A stretch of DNA of 62,996 nt, counting the filler, from Cercozoa sp. M6MM (Eukaryota; Protista; Endomyxa: Ascetosporea), in assembly GCA_040357565.1 (NCBI GenBank). It is 7 parts of 7 records of this genome, joined end to end, with 100 filler letters (N's around TTAATTAATTAA, not from the genome) between each part and the next. Parts side by side here need not be neighbours in the genome. Positions count along the whole stretch, not along the records: positions 1 to 17,803 come from JBDODJ010000253.1; 6 more parts are not named here. One strand, given 5' to 3'. This document shows, piece after piece, positions 1 through 12,500 of this stretch (the first letter of the stretch is position 1; each line of letters opens with the position of its first letter). The notes beneath the pieces are model-generated. The model searched no databases, was not told the DNA's origin, and was given only the letters and a program-made list of their open reading frames with translations. Position numbers and translations under genes: made by a program.

Positions 1-20
1 CCCCCCCCCACCCGGTACAG

Positions 21-246
21 GCACGCGGAACTAGCGCAGCAGATGACGGCGCAGACGCAGTGGATCCTCAACATGTGCTCGGACGACTGCAGTGTCGACG
101 TCGTGCGGGTACCTTCTTCCTCCCCCTGTGACCTACTGAGTGTTCTGTGGATCTACTGCATCATGTACAGGCAGAGAACAAGCTGAACTTTGACCTGCTG
201 TTAGATGCTACGTGCGAGTGCGCCCAGCAACTGCACGACTGTAACA

Positions 247-322
<76 letters not shown>

Positions 323-580
323 TCGCACCGACATTATGGCATGTATGCACACGTGCCATTGTGACACAGACGTGCTGAGCAAGGTGCCTGCGGTGTACGA
401 AGCGATGCAAGAGCCCGACTCGGTGCTGCTGGAGTACGCACCCATCATGACTGCCAATGGTACCACCTCCCCCCCCCCCCNNNNNNNNNNNNNNNNNNNN
501 NNNNNNNNNNNNNNNNNNNNNNNNNNNNNNNNNNNNNNNNNNNNNNNNNNNNNNNNNNNNNNNNNNNNNNNNNNNNNNNN

Positions 581-636
<56 letters not shown>

Positions 637-1756
637 CCTCATTTCCTCATGTGGTGTTCCATGGCAGAGTGTCTGCGCAACATGACATCGGCGTGCCTGG
701 AGGACGTGCCGTTTGGCATGATGGTGGCACTGACCGACTTGGCCGACAGCGCCGAGAACACGCCGGCACTGGCCGCGGCACTGCCCGAGATCTTTGGCGA
801 CATGACGGTACGCGGGCTGCCTTGTTGACTGGCGGTATAAACTGTACGTTTGCTGCTTTACACTGCGCAGGAAGAACTCGGCTGCTGCGCCAACGGTGCC
901 GCTGTGCTGGGCGATGTCGTGGTCAACACCTTCGCCAAGGATGACAGCAGCACCCTGGTTCATGCCTTCCACGACGCTCAGTATCAGGTGCAGCTCTACT
1001 TTCTACTGTTTCACTCGTTCAGTTCACTCTCTACTTTTTGGTAGACCACCTTCAAAACCGGCACCCTACTCACCTCCGAAGCGGGACTCCGAGAGGCCGA
1101 GTCGCTCGGCTTTGAACTCTGCTCGTCCTTGTGTACCGCGAAATCACACGCTCACTCTGGGCATCTGTTTTAACTCCGTGTATCCGCGTGTAGTCGGGGA
1201 TGATGTGTTTGTTGCCGGTCGTGTCGTGTTCGATAACGTGCGCGAAGACTACTTGAAGTCCACTGTCACCGACAGTTCCTTTGTGGTACTGTTTCAGTGT
1301 GCAGAATGGGAAACACAAGGGAGAGAGATGAGCATATCGAATGTACACTGGGTAGGAACTGCTGCTGCACGTAATCGGCGCCGAGCAGGCCGACCTTGTT
1401 GAAGTGTACGCCGACTTCGCATACGGCTACTCGCACGTTGCCTTCCAGCTGCGAGCTGGTACACCCGTCTTCTCAGTAAACTTATGTCCTGTCTTTTGGT
1501 ACTGCACCGCAACTATTCTTAGTCAATGAACGCGGTGCCGAAACCGCCAGTCGCTCGTTGACGGTACATTGCGCACATGCTAGCAATGTTTTGTGTTACA
1601 ACGAACGAGCGGCCTCTGTCATTACTTTGTGACTGCAGACCTTTGCGCTGAAGCTAGTGGACTTCGCCAGCAAGATGCCGCACGAGGCGCGCCAAGAGAA
1701 CACGAAGTTTACGACGTTTGACTCGGTGCGCAGCGGTGCTGGCGTCTGTTGGAGTG

Positions 1757-1805
<49 letters not shown>

Positions 1806-1815
1806 NNNNNNNNNN

Positions 1816-1864
<49 letters not shown>

Positions 1865-2058
1865 TACACGCACATACCATTGAGTAATTCTACTGCGATA
1901 TCGCAGACGAAGAGTGCGACGAGTTGCAGCAAGTGCCCCACATCGACGAGAATAACAGTGACGGAGGCGAGCCCAGTGGTGCCGTCGCCGTTGGAGTCTC
2001 TGGAAGCGCTGTCGTCTTTGCCCTTGCTGCCGTGTCGCTTGCTGTTCTGTTGCAGTAG
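21..2058 (+). CDS. Novel Cys-containing surface protein, probably GPI-anchored (5' end outside window, about 11 exons)
   Basis: Ten GT-AG introns join into one open frame ending ...DENNSDGGEPSGAVAVGVSGSAVVFALAAVSLAVLLQ* (TAG 2056-2058). The end is a small-residue region followed by a terminal hydrophobic tail. An N gap lies at 481-580. Confidence 0.6.
248..318. repeat. (CA)n microsatellite in an intron; representative of many similar tracts (e.g. 1759-1862, 7280-7390, 7780-7908, 23827-24045, 39770-39955, 43866-43944, 49365-49497, 51811-51943, 54740-54786)
   Basis: Read directly; these tracts generate the spurious HT/CV ORFs. Confidence 0.97.
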
Positions 2059-2558
2059 GCACGACAGACTCTTGGCTCTACCAAACACCGCACACTGAGA
2101 CACCGAACCCTCCGAGACTCCCCACATGCTGGTACAGTGATACAATCACTGCCAGCGCTCGCTTCTGCAGTTCGCGAGCTGGAAATTCTCTGCAACGTCT
2201 GCGCCTGATCATGAACGCGCAAAATCGTGGAACTAAACATAGTACCTAGTCTCGAAAGTGACATAGCACCATAGACTTACTAAGTTTAGTTAAACGTGAG
2301 ACCTCGATTCCGAATGGATGACTCGCGAGTCGATACCGTTGCGACGGTTCCGGACATCCAATTTGTCTTAACCAAACACAGTTCAGTTTGGGCAATTTAT
2401 CCCAAACAAAAGAACTGACCAAACTGAAAAATAAACTCCCAGTCCTCCGCGAGGAAGCGCGAAACTGCACCGAACAGAATACTGACCTCTCGAGAAAAGG
2501 TACTAACGCGGGTGGAAAGTGCATTGTGGAGCGCTTTGAGTCGGTGGAAGGCCAAGGT

Positions 2559-5434
2559 ATGCCTGTCGTGTGCTCACGCGAGCAGTGGCAACTGGCCTGC
2601 TCGAAATTGTCGTCGAAACAACTCGAGTCGGATCGCTTGGCCAGTGCGAAACGCGAAGCCCGCGAGCAACGACTGAAAGCACGCGAGTTTGCACTGCAAA
2701 AGCTACAGCAAGAGGAGAACCAATGTCAGCAGCTGCAGCGCGACTGGGAGCACAGTCGCGACAAGCGTAGCAACGAGGCCGCAGCTGCACTGCAGGAGTC
2801 ACTCGCGCACTGTGGCCGAGCGCACAGGCACGCCTTCGACCTTCAACTCCGGCAGCGCGACATGGCGCGCTGTTCGCGCGATATAATTGCCACCTGCCAC
2901 GCCAATTTGCAACGCGACGCGATCGAAGCACAGGTGGCTCTGCGCGAGAAACAAAGAGCAACGCAATCGGACACGGAGAGAGTTCGGCAGCGTCGCGAAG
3001 CTGTAAACTGATACTCTCTCAAGTGCCAGACTGAAGACTCTCTCTATTCTCTGAGTTGCTTTATCTCTGTGCATGCAACTGCAATAGGCACGAAAGCAGG
3101 CACAGAGAGCGGTCGAAGAGGAACGACAACGAGCAACAGAAAGAAGGAAGAGCGAACAGGAGTTCCCGAGCGAGCAAAACGTCGTCACTGTCGCGAAGGA
3201 AGAACTTGCGCGACAGCAGCGCGAACTGCAAGATCGAAAGGACCGACCCGGTGTCTACTTTGCGCATCTCGGAGAGTACTCACCGATGGAGCCGCCGCGA
3301 CCCATCGTCCTGCAGCAAGCTAGACCGCAACAGTTCCAACAAAGTCGCAGTCGGCAAATCCTCCTCGAAAGCGATCTTCGCATTGCACAGCGAACGCTCC
3401 AAAGCGTGCGACAAGAGATGCGAGGAAAGCGAGCTCAACAACGTCAGAAGAAAGAGCGCGCTGCCACAAGCACGCAGCATAAGTTCGAGCAGCTGCAACA
3501 ACAAGACCGGAAGCACAAGGTTGCTTCCATCGAACGCGCAGCTAGACGCCGGTTGCGCAAGTCACTTTGGCTACGTGCGAAGCGAGGCAGTCGAAACAAA
3601 CACTCGAAAACACAGCAGTGCGTGCAGCTTCAGCTGAATTCAAAGCGACGACCTGTCGTGAAACTGCAAGTTGCTACTCGAAGGAAAGAGCAGCACGACG
3701 CGCAAACAACACAAAAGCTCGTCGCTGCTCATAAGTCACCGCGCAGACCAGCTTCAGATGAGAAGAATACAGTTGTTCATGCTACTCGGGACATGTCCGT
3801 GCAAACCGTGGCCGAGATAGCAGTTCAAACCGAGGATTTCCCTTTGGCAGTTTCAGTCGGCACCGAGTCAAAGCAGCCACCTGAGCCAAGTGAGAAACAC
3901 CAACCTATCACCACTGCGACTACTGACCATGAGCAGTCCTCGAAACAATGCACAAAAGACAACTTGAAAGCAGAAAGAGTTGAGTCGAAACGCGCAGCAA
4001 AGACTGTGCCAAAAGGACGAGTACCATCGCCTGTTCGGAAAAGACAGCGACGCAAATCTTCGCACTCACGCCGACTCGAAATTGTCGTCGACAGCGACTC
4101 GAGCGACAGCGAGCGAACCAGTGCATTGAGCGACTCGAGCGAGATCGACCAAGACGTTGATTTCGTCGGTGCCAACCGGCGCAGTCTCGCTCGCATCGAT
4201 CGCAAGTTCGCCTCGCTCAAGCGCGAGTGGAAACGCGACTGGCAGCGCCAGCGCCGCCGACTCGCGCGTCAAGCACGCAAGCAGCACTCCCGCGAAAGCG
4301 ACGATGAGTTGCGAACTGCACTCGCTGCCGACAGTGAGACCGAGTCGGAGTCGCACTTTCGTAGCGTTCTCAGTGGAGGTCAACACTCGGACTCGCAGCT
4401 GACCCAACCGAAAGTTTCGACTCGCGATCCTTCTGCGACTGCTTCAGTTGTCGGCGGCGATTCCGACACATCAGATTCCGAGTGCGATCTCGCCGATTTC
4501 GACAGTGCGATCAACTACTTTCGCAACGCACGTAAGCGCAGTTCTCCCAGTTTACTTTGTCGAAAAGTGATGAGCTGTATTTACTCACAAATTGGCAGGA
4601 GCAAACCTTCGCAAGAACCGAGAGTTGCTTCTGGGTGTTGACAGTGGCCGCAGTGAGTCCACCAGACCAACTGAGACACTGACACGCAGAACGAAAAGAG
4701 ATAAACCGGCAGACGAAAGCGAAGGAACAGGCGTGCTCGAGAGTGACTCTAATCAACTGCAGGTGAAAGCAACGTCGCAACCCTCTGAGTTTAGTCAACT
4801 CGACCAAGAAATAAAAGTCAACGCTGCGCGACGAACGAGTTTCACAACGCAGGACCTGCAGCAGATCAACGAAGAGTTCGAGCGCAAGATGGACGCCATG
4901 TGGCAGCTCGTGCAGTCCGGTCGGACAGAGAGTCATGGCCAGATGCCTCCGAGGAGCAGCGGCAATGTTCCAGTTCGGCGGCGCAACAAACCCGCCGTCA
5001 CTTTCGTTGACGACACTGTTGAGACCATGTCAGTCTGTAGCGAGGCACCTTCCGTTCGCAGTTCGAGTGTGCCACTTGAAAGCACGACCGACACCTCGCA
5101 TGACGTTGCTTTGCAGACGCGACTCAACGGTATCCAGGACAGCAGCATGCATAATTTCAGTTACATGTGCACTGCAGAGGCAACAAAGAGCGAAGCCCTC
5201 AGTCGCGCTGCTTTCAAGATCAAAGCCAGTAGGAGTGCTGCCAGTGGACCCAAGCGTAGTTCGCTTTCGCGTCGATACGATGACGCCATTGATTTAACCC
5301 CGTCCGACGCCGCTTTCAGCACTGGCGCCGGCAACAACGCATCGTTGGCGCCAGAAAAGCTACTCTCGCCGCGGCAACGCGCCGCCGAATACAGTCGACG
5401 TCACCGCGAAAGGATAGGCTTGTTGCACACTTGA
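2559..5434 (+). CDS. Large coiled-coil/disordered protein, candidate CEP295/Ana1-like centriolar protein (3 exons; start uncertain)
   Basis: ORFs 2388-3011, 3286-4641 and 4592-5434 join through GT-AG introns at about 3003-3087 and 4532-4598. N-terminal LQRDWEHSR...LQESLAHCGRAHRHA resembles the CEP295 N-terminal motif as I recall it. Confidence 0.55.
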
Positions 5435-5646
5435 TTAGCTTGGGTCTTAGCATCAGCATACCCCCCCCGGTTAAGCATTCCTAAAATCATAAGTCTAACC
5501 AGGTCGTCGTCTACAGTGCCGAGACGGTTCAGTTTCAGTTCTGTTCAGTTTCAGTTGCTGGCTATTTGTACAATGTTCAGGGCGAGCGGCGCTATCGTGT
5601 TCTAGTTCTATGGATGTGTCAGCGCACTCGAATCAGGCATGTCACT

Positions 5647-6539
5647 TCACTCGCGGCGCTCACCAGGCGGCGGTCCTCGATAGCCACCACGCTGGCCATG
5701 GGCCGGCGGAGGGAAGCGGCGAGGGGGTGGAGCTTGGCCTTGAGGTGGAGCTTGGCCTTGAGGCGGAGCGCCGAAGCGGCCAGGGGGCGGAGCTTGGCCT
5801 TGGGGCGGAGCTAGGCCTTGTGGCGGAGCTTCCGGCGGAGTGCCAAAGCGGCCAGGGGGCGGAGCGCCGAATCGCATCGGAGCAGCGCCGAAGCGGCCAG
5901 GAGGCGCTGCAGCCGCGGGTACCGGTTCTGCCGTCTCAGCGACAGGGGGCGGCAGCATTTCGGCCATGGGAGTCGGGGGAGGCGTATGACGCTGCATCGG
6001 AATAGCAGCGGTAGGAGCAGGAGGCATCATTGCTGGCGTTTGCGGCGTCGGTGCAGCAGCAGCTACTCGGGCGTGCTCGGCCTTGGCAGCTTCCAAAACT
6101 TCACGGAGGTGCTCGTACTCTTCGGTTTCAACAAACTCGTCCACTGCAACGAGCACACACACAAACTTGTCAGTACAGTGTCAGGTATCTACCGACAGTT
6201 CTAAAACGCTGTTGATAGACTTACCCGGAACTTCTCCACAAGTGGGACACATTTGGCCTGCCATGCCGGTTTTGCATTCAGCACACAGAGTCTGCTTGCA
6301 CCGCGTACACTTGAAGGTGGGAACGTGCTCCATGCAGATCTGCAGGTTCATCGAGTTTGAAGTGACTGTATCGATAGCGATAGAGGCAGTAGTACCTGGC
6401 ACGTGGTGGCCTCCTCGAAGGCGTCCTGAATCGCTCGCAACTGGGCATCGGCAGCGACGCCCTTTTGCTCTGCCGGAGCACGCGGCATTTGCACAGCGAG
6501 TTGCTGCACTTGAGCCATCATTTCGGCAGCGTTCTGCAT
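5647..6539 (-). CDS. All-Cys RING-like zinc finger protein with Pro/Gly-rich PPGRFG repeat tail (3 exons)
   Basis: Splicing intron 6340-6395 gives CQIC-x8-CTRC-x4-CAEC-x8-CPTC. A second intron leads into ORF 5647-6162 with repeated PPGRFG and APPQGQ units. Confidence 0.7.
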
Positions 6540-6994
6540 GCTGCTCAAAAATAGTGTGCCAATGCGTGGATAGCTATAGGATTCCACATGTGTCAACGCA
6601 AGAAGAAGTGTTCGAAAACATACGTTACTCCGGCGATGCGAGTGAGGTATCGGCACGATGCCGTGCCGACTGCACGAGATGTAAAGTAAAATACTGTATT
6701 TAATGCATGTATGGAGGCGGTATATTACGGTAGTTCGCGTTGAGAGCAGTATCATTGCGATAGTAGATGAAGGCACCGTCTTGGAACAGAGTTCCGAGCA
6801 GCTAGAAAAGGAGGCTTTTATCTCGATTTACCCTCGAGGTCGGTCAGCAGTTAAAAATTAAATAGTGGGCCAACTGTACCGATTGAATGACGAATCGCTC
6901 GCGAGGATCTCTTCCCGGGTATACCCACTATGTAGCAAGCGGAGATAAGCTGTATACTTTACTGTACTATATACTGCTGTTTATGGCGGAGTCC

Positions 6995-7277
6995 TTAGGA
7001 CTGTAAATGTTAGACATTTTAGTAATATCCGTATATCCCTGCAAATGTAAATACATACTGTATCGGTACCAGGTACTTCTCTTCCGAGTTGAGTCCAACC
7101 GAGCTCAGATTGACAAGTCCCTCGTCTGAAAAGCGCAATGGACGGCCATTGTTCATTTGCTGTGACGCCATAACATTCAGGGTTAGCAGGGTCTACACGT
7201 CGTCAGAGTACCTGAATGGTAAGGCTGTATTGCTGCGTTAGCATGTTCTTGAAGTCTTCCAGTGTGTCGGGACCTCG

Positions 7278-7326
<49 letters not shown>

Positions 7327-7336
7327 NNNNNNNNNN

Positions 7337-7389
<53 letters not shown>

Positions 7390-7817
7390 GTAATTTAGTC
7401 AGATGTCATCATAGAAACATAGTGATAGGAATATACCTCGTCCTCCGTTCCCATGACCTAAGAGACAGTAAAAAAAGCAGGTTCTTTGTGTTTCTTTATC
7501 GACTTTCAGAGCTTGTAAATCCAATTCTACCAGACTTCCGACGACCGGGCAGCGTCGCTGATCTTCAGGCACGTCCTCTGTTAGCAGTACAACTGAAGTA
7601 CGGAGCAGACACAGCAAAATAAAAGACAAGCCTCACCAGTGCACGTCGTGATGTAGTTCATGGGATCATACACAGAAGGCTACAAAACAAATCTGTAGCA
7701 AGCCGACAGAACTCTGAGTTTTCACAGGCGGAAGGGCATCGAGGGGCAGTAAGTTAGACTTTACATGCAGCAACTGTCAACACACACATACACACATACA
7801 CACACACACACACACTC

Positions 7818-7855
<38 letters not shown>

Positions 7856-9112
7856 ACGCACACACACACACACACATACACACACACACACACACACATA
7901 CACACACAGGGTAGGTGAGGAAATCGACATCCAGGGAAGCAAGGGTTGAAGTGGGATACCTGCGGGAACAGAATCTCGGTGTAGTAGAGCGGCTGCAGCG
8001 CAGCAGGGAACTTGGGACTCGTGAGGTACTCTGCCCAACAGCGCAGATTAGTCGGCAAGCAGTTCAATTTTATACTGAACAAGTGTTGTTTAATACCCAG
8101 AACACTCTGCTGCACGGCGGGCGACTGAGGACCCGAGTACGTCGTGAAGTCTTTCAGGCAAAAGATGACAACACTGCGCAGGGCACAGCTCAGGTTTCCC
8201 AAAGGTAAAAATGTAATTATTCTTTTGTGCCAAACTCACTCGCCGATGCGAGTGCCTTCGTCCGTTCCGAACCCAGCCTGCCAAACACGACGGTGATTGT
8301 TCATGGAATGTCGTCAATACCCAGAGAGATTTAAGACGAATCAAAGAGGATACTTACTTGGAAGGGCACGTCGGTGCGTTGGTCCAGCAGATACTGCACA
8401 CGGACAAATCAAAACTGCCGAAGTTCCAGATACCCAACAGTGTTTATTTAGTTGTTACCGCATAGCCGCCAAAGCGACAGATGCTGTGTTGTGCGTTCGG
8501 AGACCACTGCAAAAAGGAAGTGAAATGACAAATAGTACCCTATCACTCAAAACCGACAGGCGCCACAGTGCGGACCAAAAAAAGTAAACTGACCATGAAC
8601 CGCTTCGCTCCCGGTAGCACTTCAGGAGGCAGTGTGATGTCGCTCGCATGAGTTGCATTCGGATCGTTGAGCTGCTGGATGATATAGGCGGCCTGCGCGT
8701 GACTTCTGCAGAAGAATACATCCCACGTATGCTGTACAGCAGGCAGGCAGTTGCAGGTCGAGAGACAGAACTCACTGAGGCGCAATTCCAGCTCCAATCT
8801 CTGGGGTGTGCGTTCCGGGTTGGAATCGCCCCACATACTGAGCCTTTTCAAAGCTCATGACTACCGATACAGGGGTAGGGGGCAACATAAATCTTAAAAA
8901 ACAGGATGAGTTTTGCTACTGCGCATAGTGTTGATGACATCGAGGTTAATATGGCCGTCAGGACCTGTATAAAATGCAGTATTTGTGCCAGGTACCCGAT
9001 ACCTGTAGGTTTTTGCGAAGAATATAGTTTTACCAGCCCGTGGATAGTGAGCGGCCAAGACGTCATACATGCAGGTTGACATGGCAACCAGCAGTTTGGT
9101 TAGAATTTTCAT
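6995..9112 (-). CDS. Hypothetical multi-exon protein with probable signal peptide
   Basis: Starts MKILTKLLVAMSTCMYDVLA. A dozen or more short exons bounded by GT-AG can be chained in frame (e.g. YLTSPKFPAALQPLYYTEILFPQ, RGPDTLEDFKNMLTQQYSLTIQ). No family recognised. Confidence 0.45.
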
Positions 9113-9512
9113 CGTCGGTCAGAATTTTATCTTTCCCAATTTGCGAATGCAAGACACAATTCAAAGCTCGGCAAGTGCTGTCACGACCTTCACGATAACG
9201 TAGAGCCCTCTAGGACTGAGAAGTGACGCTTCTTTGCTAATTCTCGACCGAGTTTGCCACGGATAGTCGATACCGCGTGCCAACATGTTGTGTGTTGCAC
9301 GTGCCACACCCAACGCAGACCTCGGGTGGCGCCTCGGGCTCTTCGTCAAAGTGTCTTTCGGAGTTTGGCTACGATTGTTTTTCACTTACTGAGGGACATA
9401 ACTAAAATGATCCGCGCGGAACTGAAGGCAAAATACCACAAACTGACTATTACTGCAACTTGAACCACTACTAAGGCTCAAGTCGGGATTTCAGCGTCAG
9501 TGTGACACTTTA

Positions 9513-12500
9513 ATGCAGGTGGAGTTTCTGCAAACAGTGCAGAACTCGCAACTGCAGCACATTCAGATTGATGTCGGATCAAGCCCGCAGCATGACCCTA
9601 AGACCCAAAGTGCGAATGTATTGGCCCGGGTCACAGATCTTGATTGGTCCACGGACGGAACCCGGTTTGGGAGTGTCAGTTGCGATGGCGTGACACGCAT
9701 TTACGATGCCGTAGGATCACTTATCGACGAATTCGTCGCTCGGTGTGTCAGCAAGGTAAGCTGTTCGCGACTTTACAGTTTCCTCCCCGTGGGAACCGTG
9801 ATTCGAGTGTAAAGCAGGACAGTAGCTCAGAAAAAGTCGGAGTTGTAGGCTTCGCTTTCTCTCCCAAGGGCGAAAGGGTCGCTCTTGCTCAAGCTGACGG
9901 GAGTGTTCTTGTGTACCGCTTCGAGTCGAGCGAGAAACCCGTAAGTCAATTATTGGGGTTAAATTACCCTGTCCATCAAAGCGCTATCTTTCAATGCACA
10001 GGGAAAGATAAAGAAAAGCATAAGCAACAAGTTCTCCTCGACGGGCTACATAACTTCGCTGTGCTGGCCTGAAGCACGAAACGATGAGATTGTCTTTGGC
10101 GACACGAGTGGTCGAGTCCGATTAGGCATTCTCGCACTCCGTAGTGTGCGAAAGAACAAGGTCGCAACTCTGTTTCAACATGCTTCTCCAGTACTCGCAT
10201 TGACGTCCTCAAACGACGCTAAGATGGTGTACTCGGCTCATGCAGATGGCACCGTGCTTCGCTACTCCTTTCCGGATACTTCTTCGGGAAAATCAAGCAG
10301 CAAACGTGTCCTGGCGAATTTGCAGTTCGAGCCGAAGCACATGGCATTGTTTAATTGCAATCAAATGCTGCTAGCTGGTCGTTCACACCGGCAGGAGAGT
10401 GAACTTGAAAGCGAAACAGACATCATTGCTCTCTTGGACCTGACGTCAGCATCGCTCGAGTGGCAAACGCACGTGCAGTGCACGTGCCTTGCTCCTCACC
10501 CTGCAGGAGAGGCCTTCCTCGCCGGTAGTGATGATGGCTTTCGCGTCTTCTCTCGTTCACGCAAAGGTGAAATTTATAAATTTATTTGCACTTCGATTTG
10601 ACTTGCCGCTGATAAATTTGTTGACGCATCGTTTGCGCAGCTGCTCCATTTCAAGAGCAAAAAGTGAATGTGGCTTCCGGCATGGAAACATGTGCAGCAG
10701 CGTGGAAACCAGACGGTTCGAGAGTGCTCGTTGCATCATCGCGTGGATGGATTGACATGTATGATGCCGCTTTGCGGCGTGTTCGTCTTTCGTCGACCTC
10801 GCTGTTGTTTGAGGCCACTTTCACCAGGTATTTCTCTGAGCTAAATTTCTGCATTAAATTTACGTTGAGTTACTGTCTGCTGCAGTGTTTCTTCGCTACT
10901 GCTGCGTCAAGTGAGCGAAATGGATGGCAAACAACTAATGTGTTGCGTCGCGTCGCGACACGGTGGCACAATACAGAAGGTGCGAGTGCAGGACGACCGA
11001 TTCGTCGTGGTGCGTACTTCGAATTCGGTAATTGTTGGTGACATGGACTCGGAGAGCTTCGAGGCCGAAACCAACGTGGCGTTTTCCGAAGTCACATGGA
11101 CTGAGCTTGGACTGGGCGACTCGGCACCCGAATACATGGAAACCGAGAGTCCTGACTCGAGCAGCAACCTGAAAAAACAACGTGCGGAATGTCACTTCTT
11201 TTTCGACGCTCCTGGCGTGTGTCAGGTGCATGTACCTGCCCGCAAGTGCGTGGTTCTGTTACAACTCGGCCGTGCAGGAGTGTTGACACGTATGAACACG
11301 CCGCACCTGTCGCCACACCTGGTGTCTGTGCGCCTGCACGCGCGCCGAATGGCCTTCCTGCTTGACAGTGGCACTGTTCAGTTGCGTCAGATGCAGCACT
11401 CGCTCGACACTGGCGTGGCGGTGCAGGCACGGGAACGCACACTCAGTATTCCAGGCCAAGTCGACTGGCTTGAACTAAATGCCGATGCCACCCGTCTACT
11501 ATTGCGCTGTGTCGACGGTCGTCTCGTGCTCGTGCAGTGGCAAGACACACAGCAGCAGCAGCAACAGCAACAACAGACTGTGCTGTACCACGGTCGCTGT
11601 GAGTACGCGCAGTGGGTTCCCGACGCCGACGTCGTCGTTGCCGAGTGTGACCACTCACTACTTGTGTGGTACGATCTCGATGCCGTCATGCCAGAGAAAG
11701 TGTCTCTACCCGCCGAAACACACGTGGAGGACATCGAATGCGAAAAACAAGGCGAAGAGTGCCACGTCATTTTGAGCGACCACTCGCGCCTGCCGATCGA
11801 CGCCGATCGCGTGCTCTTCTCAACTGCATTGCGACGGGGCGCGCTCGCTCGTGCTGTCGCTGTTGCTGACTCTGCCTTGCGACGTGCCGCTGCCAATGTA
11901 CATCGCTTGTTTTCCTTTGTATTGACTTTTTCGGTAGAGTCCACACACACAGGCACAAGGAGTTCCGGAGCACGAGGCAGAACTCGCAGACTATGAGATG
12001 TCACCAGAGCTGCGGAGTATGTTTGGGCAGGCAGCACAGAAGTGTCTCAATGCTTGCTACGACAGCAGCAACGTAAACGCAAACACAGTGGAACTCGCGC
12101 TGCGTTGCTTTGGTGCACTCGGTGACACTGCGCAAGTGGCACTCCTCGAGACGGCGCTGTACCACTTGCGACGGGGCGAAGCTTTGCGCACTCAACTTGA
12201 CCTAGCCGTGCTGCGAGGAGATGTACCGAAACTGCAGGCATTGGCGAACACCGGAGGTTTTACCTTCAGCACTGAGCACATTGTGGCACTGCTGGCTTAT
12301 CTGGGTCACTGGAGAGAGGCCTATAGACTGGCAGAACTGCGCGCCCACCCGCGACTCGCCGACGTGCGGCGTACCTGCTTGAATGCGATGTGCAACACTC
12401 AAAATTCAGGCAGCGACTGGGCCGGCGCAGCTGCCATCTTGCAAAGTGCTGGCGACAGTGCGCAAGCAGTCGAATTGCTTTTGCGAGGCAACCTACCAGC

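Noticed and set aside
147-944. His-Thr and Cys-Val repeat ORFs throughout the ORF track
   Set aside because: They are translations of intronic (CA)n/(TG)n microsatellites and N gaps.
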